The notes under the pieces: generated by a model
What the model saw: only the letters and a program-made list of their open reading frames with translations
Database searches by the model: none
What the model was told of the DNA's origin: nothing
Assembly (NCBI GenBank): GCA_042408215.1
Contig: JAYFMW010000030.1
Location: 1-64,000 of the forward strand
Length of the DNA: 64,000 nucleotides
Source: Microcoleus sp.
Lineage (GTDB): Bacteria > Cyanobacteriota > Cyanobacteriia > Cyanobacteriales > Microcoleaceae
Direction of reading: 5' to 3'
Program-made: the position numbers and the translations under genes
Part shown: positions 13,401 to 22,400 of the stretch, in pieces
Numbering within the stretch: the first letter of the stretch is position 1
How the letters are laid out: each line of letters opens with the position of its first letter

Positions 13401-16400
13401 GCTGCTTCCATGCCCTTTAACTTGCCAGTAACGGGTGCTTTAACAAACGGACAGCAGAGTAAATTTTACAAGTTTGAGGGCAATCAGGGCGATCGCTTGT
13501 TCTTCGATTCTATTGTCGGCAATTCTTCAAACCTCTGGAAGCTAATCGGCCCGGACAACAAGGTGGTAAACGGCGGCAGTAATTGGCTCGGTAATGATTT
13601 GGAAGTGGAACTGCCAGCTACAGGAGAGTACGCTCTGCTAATAGAGGGCGGGACTTCCAGCGCCCCGGTCAATTACCAATTCCGCGCTTTTCGTTACGAG
13701 AAAACGGCAGCCGATATCGTGACTCCGGGGACGGGGGAAACGGGCAGCAATACGGGCGGCTCGACTGGTTTGTATCCCGTGAAGCTGGAAGCATCAGACG
13801 GGCGCGGTGGCAAGGATATCCAAGAATACAGCATTCGGGTGTGGCCCGACCCGACCAACAGCAACCCGGTTATCGTCAGCGAACCGGTGCAGCGCTTCGG
13901 ACTCGACGATAAAATTTACCGCTATCAGTTGAAAGCGGTTGACCCCGACGGCGACCGACTCAAATACCGCTTGGTTGACGGTCCCCTGGGGGCATTAATT
14001 AACGGCGATAGCGGAGAATTGCTGTGGTTCCCAGAAAATGTTTTACCCGGAAGTAAGGCTGACTTTACCGTGGAGGTGGCAGACCCGCGCGGCGGATTGG
14101 GATTGCAAAAGTTTACCGTAGATGCTTACGGCGCTTTGGGTAAAATTCAGGGAGCTGTATTTGACGATTTAAACGGCAACGGTTTCCGCGATTCTAAATT
14201 AGTTAAAGGTAACAATCCGGCGATCGTGATGGCAATCGATGTTTCCGGCAGTACCGCTGCCCCGTTTGATGGCCCGCTTGGGGTAGATGATGTCCTCAAA
14301 GCTCAAGTCGCCGCCACCCTAACTCTGATCGATACGTTAATAGCTCAAGGTTTGGGAGATAGAGTCAATATCGGGTTAATTCCCCACAAAGAAAGCGCCC
14401 AGATTCAAGATATGGACCCCACAACGCCTGGAGTTCAGCCCTACACGACACCCTTGGCAGATAAAAACAGCAACGGCATCCCCGACATCCGGGAAATTCT
14501 GGCAAGTGGCACTTACACCACCCCCAACGGTCACAATGACTTTACCAAAGCCGTACAGGCGATCGACCTTCTTGTTCCTTTGATGCCGGGAGATAAGAAC
14601 GTCATCTTCATGTCCGACGGCTACGGCGCTTTAGACCCGGCAGTAGCAGCTACCGTGCGGACTGACTTGCAAAATGCTGGCATCGGTCTGACAGCCTTCG
14701 GAATCGGCCAATATTCGACTTTGGATACCCTCAAAAAAATCGACCCAGATGCGGTAATTTTGAGCGATATAGACCAGCTATCGGCAGTTTTCGGCGGTTT
14801 TGACCCCCGCTACACTCTAGAGCCTTTGATGGAAAACGTGCCGGTCTACATAGACCTCAACAACAACGGCATACTAGACCCCAGCGAACCGAAGCAGTTG
14901 ACCAAAAAGAACGATTCTGAGTCTAATCTGGGGCAAACCAACTATCAGTTTACCTTTGACAATTTGGAGCCCGGTACTTACAAAGTGCGGGCTGTAGCGC
15001 CCAGCGGCTACGCCCAAACCGCTCCCAGCACGTCGGTATTTACCGATACGGTTACGGCTGCGGGACAAACTTTTACCCACCTGTTCGGCGTCCACAAAGC
15101 AGAAGAACCGCCCAACTCCGACCCCGCTTTCCTGACAGTACCGCCCGCATTCGGGTTAAAAGCTGGAGAACCCTTGGTTTACAGGGCTTTGGCTTCCGAC
15201 CCGGATGCGGATGAGTTAACTTACAGTTTGGTGCTGAGTCCCCCGGGGATGAGCGTTGACCCGAAAAACGGCACCGTAGTTTGGACTCCGACGGCGGCCC
15301 AGGTCGAAGAATATTATAAAGAACTGCGGGCGACGCGCGATCGCTTGATAGCCTTCGGTCGGGGAGACTTTGCACCCTCTACAGTCAAGTTTAATGTCGT
15401 GCTGCGGGCATCTGACGGGAAAGGCGGTCAAGCTTTACAGTACGTCGAGGTGGAACTGATACCGCCCAACAATCCTCCGGTCTTTACATCTGCTGCGCCA
15501 TCCAAAGAGCAACCTCAAGCGGGTAAGCGCTTCGAGTATCGCGCGGTAGCGGAGGATTCCGACAGCGACACTATTACTTACACTATTTTACCCGGTGCAC
15601 CAACTGGTGTGGCAATTAACCCAACTACCGGACTGGTGACTTGGACGCCGACAGCGGGACAGTTGGGAACGAATTCTTTCACCGTCAAAGCCAGCGACGG
15701 TAAAGGTGGGGAAGCCAAGTTGGAAGTGCCGCTGCGGGTAATTGAAGCAATTCCCAACCGCCCTCCTGACATTACATCCAGCCCCCGCACAGTAGCCCGC
15801 ATCGGCAACGGGTATTTCTACAAACTTGCTGCAACCGACCCCGACGGCAACCCTATCACCTTTACCTTGGTTTCTAAGCCAGTAGGGATGACTGTTGATG
15901 CGGAAGGTTTAGTGTCTTGGATTCCCACAGCTTCGCAAACCGGCTCGCAAGCAGTGTCGGTGTTGGCTAGCGACGGCTTTGGGGGAACCGACACTCAATC
16001 CTGGACTGTTAATGTCTCTAATTCGGCCGTTAACCGACCTCCAAGCATTACTTCGACACCGGATACGGTTACTAATTTGGAACGGGTTTACCGCTACCAG
16101 CTAGCTGCTACCGACCCCGAAGGAGACTATTTGCTGTGGAGTTTGGATAATGCTCCCAAGGGTATGGTAATCGATGCTAAAACTGGCGGTCTTAGCTGGC
16201 AACCTACTCCCGACCAAATTGGGGAACAGACTATTGCAGTGCGAGTGACTGATGCCCTCGGTTCTTATGTAGGCCAGGAATTCAGTTTGAAGGTAACAGG
16301 AATTAACACGCCACCTGCAATTGTTTCGGTTCCAGTCACAGTCGCCGGAATCAATCAAACCTACAAATATCAAGTATTCGGAACCGACCCGGAAAACGAT

Positions 16401-19400
16401 GCCCTGCGTTACAGTTTGGGAACCAAACCTTCGGGCATGAAGATTGACCAAAAGACTGGTTTGATTGAATGGACTCCCGCTGCTAATGCTGTAGGTTCTC
16501 TTGAAGTAGAGGTTTTAGTAACAGATACCCAGGGGGCGGTGGGGAATCAGAAATTTGCAGTAAAAGTAGGGACGGCCGCCATCAATGGGCCTCCAACTGT
16601 AGTTTCAACCCCCGTGTTTGCAGCATCTTTGGGGAGTGCGTACACCTATACAGTAAAAGCGACTGACCCGGATGGTAACGCTTTAACTTATCAGTTATTG
16701 AAAGCACCAATGGGGATGGCAATTAATCCTGCCACTGGATTGCTAACTTGGGACAATCCGACTGCTGGAAACCATCAAATAGTAGTCGGCGCTGTGGATG
16801 CTGGCGGTTTGGGTGCAGCCCAAGGTTTTACATTAACTGCGAGGGCAAATTCTACTCCTGTAATTCCCAATATTCCCCCGCAACAAGTCGCTAGCGGTCA
16901 ACCCTATCGTTACGATTTGAAGGCGAATGATGCTGAGGGGGATTTGCTTGTTTATTCTCTGTTGCAATCTCCCAGCGGCATGACTGTTGATGAATTCGGG
17001 CGGATTAGTTGGATCCCTAAATCAACTGATGTCGGTACGACTAAGCCAGTTCAAATTGCTGTCACCGATACTTTTGGCAAGACTGTTACTGTTTCCTACA
17101 ATTTAAGCGTTGTTGCCGATACAACACCCCCGAAAGTCAGTCTAATTGCTAGCAAAAATACAGCTAATCTCGGAGATTCTGTCACCTTTACCGTGAATGC
17201 TGTCGATAATGTGAAAGTCGAATCTTTAGGTTTAACTATCAACGGCACTCCTGTACTTTTAGATGCCCAAGGTCAAGCAACTGTCAAGGTCAATAATTCA
17301 ACTTCAATCGCAGCAATTGCTACGGCTAAAGATGCGGCGGGTAATGTGGGGAATGCGACTCAAGTTGTCAGGGCGATTGACACTACTGATGTCAATGCGC
17401 CGACGATCAACATCAGTTTAGAAGATGATGTTGATGTTTCTGCACCTCTGACCATTCGAGGTACGATAACTGACAGCAATTTAGATTACTATACTTTGTC
17501 AGTAGCCCCGATTGGTAGCACTCAATTTAAGGAAGTTTATCGGGGAACGACTACCGTTAATAATGGAGTAATTGCCACCTTTGACCCGACTATTTTAGCG
17601 AACGGCGCTTACACTCTCAAATTCACTGCTTTCGATACTAACGGTAACGGTTCGACTACTGAAAGAACGGTGAATGTTTCGGGCGATTTGAAGTTGGGTA
17701 ATTTCCGGTTATCCTTTACTGACTTATCAGTTCCCATGGCGGGAATTCCGATTAACATCACTCGAACTTACGATTCTTTGAATGCGAATAATGGCGATGA
17801 TTTCGGCTACGGCTGGCGGATGGAATTCCGAGATACTGATTTGAAAACATCCTTAAAAGCTGACCCGACTTACGAGGAGTTGGGGATAAATACTGTACCG
17901 TTTGACAGCAAGACTAAGGTGTTTATTACTTTACCCGGTGGGAAGCGAGAAACCTTTACTTTTAAGCCGACTTCGCATCATTTGAATCAGTATTTAGGGG
18001 CGGCTGGACCGGGGGCTGCGATGTACAAACCGGCTTTTGAGTCTCAAAAGGGTTCGACGATGACTTTGACGGTGAGGGATGCGAATTTAGTTAGGAATGA
18101 GAACGGGTATTATGGGGTGAACGGACAGCCTTTTAATCCTGAAAATCCTGCCTTTGGTGGGGTGTATGTATTGACTACGAAGGAGGGATTGGTTTACGAG
18201 ATTGATGCGAAGTCTGGGGATTTGCTGACTGCTACTGATAGCAATGGGAATAAGTTGACTTTCTCGGATGGGGGGATAAAGAGTAGTTCGGGTAAGTCGG
18301 TGACTTTTGAGAGGGATGTTGTTGGGAGGATTGTCGCTGTTGTTGACCCGGATGGGAAAAAGGTTAAGTACGAATACGATGCGAAAGGGGATTTGGTTGG
18401 GGTTAAGGATAGGGAGAATAATACTACAACGTTTAAGTATGAAGCTGCGAATAATCCTCACTTTTTGACTGAGGTTGTTGATGCGTTGGGAAGGAGTGGG
18501 GTGAAGACTGGGTATGATGATTCTGGTCGTTTGAAGCAGATGGTGGATGCCAACGGTTCGGCGGTGGAGTTGGTTTACGATGCCTCTAATTCGCTTCAGA
18601 AGGTTAAGGATGTTTTCGGTAAGGAAACGACTTATGTTTATGACAGTCGGGGGAATGTAGTTCAAAAAGTAAATGTACTTGGGGGGATTACACAACAAAC
18701 TTTTGATGAAAATAATAAATTGCTAACCCAAACCGACCCTCTCGGCAACACAACAACATATGCCTACGATAGTGGTGGAAACCTCATCTATATTACAGAT
18801 CCGTTGGGTAATAAAGCCTATTATAGCTATAACAGCTTTGGGCAAGTCACAAGCAGAACTGACCCGCTAGGTAATACGATTAGTTATACCTACGACAAAA
18901 GAAGAAATCTTCTCAACACAACTAACGCAGAAGGTAATACTATAAGAGAAACCACTAACCAGTTTGGTAACACTACTTCACTGACAGATGCTAACGGTAA
19001 CAAGACACGATTTGAGTACGATGACTTCGGCAATGTTATTCGTCAGATTGACGCTTTTGGCAATGAAACGGCTTATACCTATAACAGTAATGGCGACCAA
19101 ATCACAGAGACTGTTAAAGTAACAACCCTGAATGGTTTGCGACAACAGACAACAAGCTGGACTTATGATTCTCAAGGTCGAGTTCAGACTAAAACTAATT
19201 CAACAGGCAATGTCATCAGGCACGAATACGACATACTCGGAAACTTGACTGCGGTGATTGAAGAGGGTGCAATCGCTCGCCGTACTGAATATCGCTATAA
19301 TGCTAAAAACCAACTTGTAGAAACTTTGTACGCTGACGGTACATCAGAGAAAAGTGTGTATGACGAAGCAGGTCGTCTGATTGCTGAAACCGATCGAACC

Positions 19401-22400
19401 AATCAAACAACTCGCTATATCTATGATGCTTTAGGACGGTTAATTGAAACCATTTATCCCGATAGCACACCTGGAAACCTCGCAGATAACCCTAGAACTA
19501 AAAGCGAATACGATAAGGCAGGTCGCATAACTGCTTCTACCGACGAACGAGGCAACCGTACTGAGTATGAGTATGATAAGGCAGGTCGTCGAACCCTGGT
19601 TCGCGATGCACTGAGGCGTGAAACTACTTATACCTACGATGCGATGGGGAACCTGCTAACTGAAACGGATGCCCTAGGTCGAACGACAAGGTATGCTTAT
19701 GATAAGGTGGGACGCAGAACAGAAACTTACTTGGCCGATCGCACTGGCGCCATAACCAAATACAATAAAGCGGGACTCAAAGTTGCCGAAACAAATCAAG
19801 CCGGTCAAACAACTAATTTTGTTTACGATGCCCTAGATAGACTGGTTGAAGTAATTCATCCAGATAGCACACCTAACGACCTGTCTAACAACCCCAGAAC
19901 TAAAACAGAATATAACGAACTAGGTTGGGTTATTGCTTCCATTGACGAGTTGGGCAATCGTACTGAATACGAATATGATGCAGTAGGTCGCATAATTGAG
20001 TCTCGCAGTAGCTGTGCTTGTCGCCGCAAAACCTACACCTATGACGAGTTTGGAAATCGGATTACTGAAACCGACCAACTAGGACGTACTAACAGGTTTG
20101 TATATGATGAGCTAGGTCGCATCAAACAAACTTATTTTGATGACAACACTTATACAACTAATGTTTACGACGACCTCGGTCGCATCATTTCCACAACCGA
20201 CCAAGCCGGCAAGAAAACGGCGTTCGAGTACGATGTTCGAGGACAACTCGTTGCCGTAGTAGATGCTTTGCAACAAAGAACTGAATACGGCTACGACTTC
20301 AGTGGCAACTTAACCAGCATTAAGGATGCAAACAACAATATTACCCGCTACGAGTACGACAAACTCGGTCGTCGCATTGCTGTAATTTTGCCCAAAGAAC
20401 AGCGGTCAGAAATCACCTATGATGCTGTTGGAAATGTGTTGAGTGCCAAAGATTTAAATGGCAAAACCGTTACTTATGAGTACGACAAACTTAACCGCTT
20501 GGCTGCCGAAAAATTCCCCGATGGAACCTCGCTAAAGTATACTTACACGAGTACCGGACAGCGCCAAACAGCAACTGAAACAAAGGGTGGAATTGTTCGC
20601 ACTACGACTTATGAATACGACGAACGTGATCGCCTTGTTTCTCGAACTGAACCTGATGGGCGGAAAGTAGAGTATACTTACGACCAAGTTGGCAATATCG
20701 CTGCGGTAAAAACTCCTTCGGGTACTGCGATCAACACTTATGACAAGTACAACCAGCTCAAAACTGTGACTGACCCTGACGGTGGATTGACGGAGTACAT
20801 TTATGACAAAGCTGGTAACCTCATCCGCACACAATTGCCTAACGGTACTGTTGAAATTCGCGAGTACGACAAGCTGAATCGCTTGACTTTTACGAAAAAC
20901 TTTAGGGTCGATCCTGTATCGGGGCAGGAGGTGGTAATTTCTAGTTATCGCTACACTCTTAATGCGGCAGGACAGCGGACGAAAGTAGAGGAAAATAGCG
21001 GTCGGATTGTTGAGTACAGCTACGATGATTTGTATCGATTGATTGAAGAAAAGATTGTTGACTTTGTTGCGGGCGATCGTACTATCCAGTATGGCTATGA
21101 TGAGATAGGAAACCGCGTGACCCGCAATGATTCAATACAGGGGTTGACAACTTACACCTATGATGAAAATGACAGGTTACTGAATGAAACCCTCAACGGT
21201 CAAGTCACTACTTACGCTTACGACAACAACGGCAATCTCCTTTCCCGTTTTAAGAACAATACTGATAAAGCAGTCAACACTTGGGATTTTGAAAATCGCT
21301 TGATAGGGGCCCAGGTAACAGATGCTTCGGGAACTCGCAATATTGAGTACCGATATGACGCTGATGGGGTGCGGGTGGCAACAATAGTTAACGGACAAGA
21401 AACTCGTTATTTGATTGATGCCAATCAGTCTCATGCTCAAGTATTGGAAGAGTATTCTCCCAATGGAAATTTGCAAGCATCTTATGTTTACGGATTGGAT
21501 TTGGTTTCGACTGAGAGAGGGAGCGATCGGGTGTTCTATCATGTAGATGGGCTGGGAAGTACGAGAGCTTTAACTAATGGCGCTGGCAATGCGATCGACA
21601 CTTATACTTATGATGCTTACGGGAATTTAATTGGGAAAACAGGCAATACAGTTAATAACTACTTGTATGCGGGCGAGCAGTACGATCCGAATTTGGGTGA
21701 CTATTACTTGAGGGCGAGGTATTACGATACGGAAACCGGACGCTTTGGCGCTAGAGATCCGTTTGAAGGGGTTTTAACTGAGCCGCTGTCTTTGGCGAAG
21801 TATTCTTATGTTCATGGAAATCCGGTGAATGCAACTGACCCGAGTGGACTGTTTTTACAGGAACAGAGTTCAGTTATGTCCATTCTTACTATTTTGACAA
21901 CGATGACCTATATCATGGGTAGATCTCCAATAGGGACTCTTAGTACACTAGATGGGGACAATGCCTTAGTTCCTGGATATTTAAAAAATACCAGCCATAC
22001 AGGAGTTAATAAGTTCCTGAATACTGCAATAACTGGAAAATATTACCAGATTATAAGAAAAAAAGTTCAAGAGTGTAACACAACGGTTGGAGCAGGTAAC
22101 TGTGACTTGGAGGGATTCCCAATTATTGTTTGGGGACACGAGATACCAGAAATTACGCAACATACGCAAGAGGCTATTGTCCAGACTGGGCAGTCTTTCC
22201 TAGCTCGCATTTCCCCTGGGTGGAACAATACTCCTACAGGCCGTGTGAAAAAATATTCAAACGGAGCCGAATATCCAGCTCCGTGGTATGATTTTACGCC
22301 AGAGTGTCCTTGGGATAACGATAATCCCATGCGATACTTTAATTCTCGCTCTGGTCGAGACTGTGATGAGTACCCATACAACTCTACTTTACAAGGTGGT

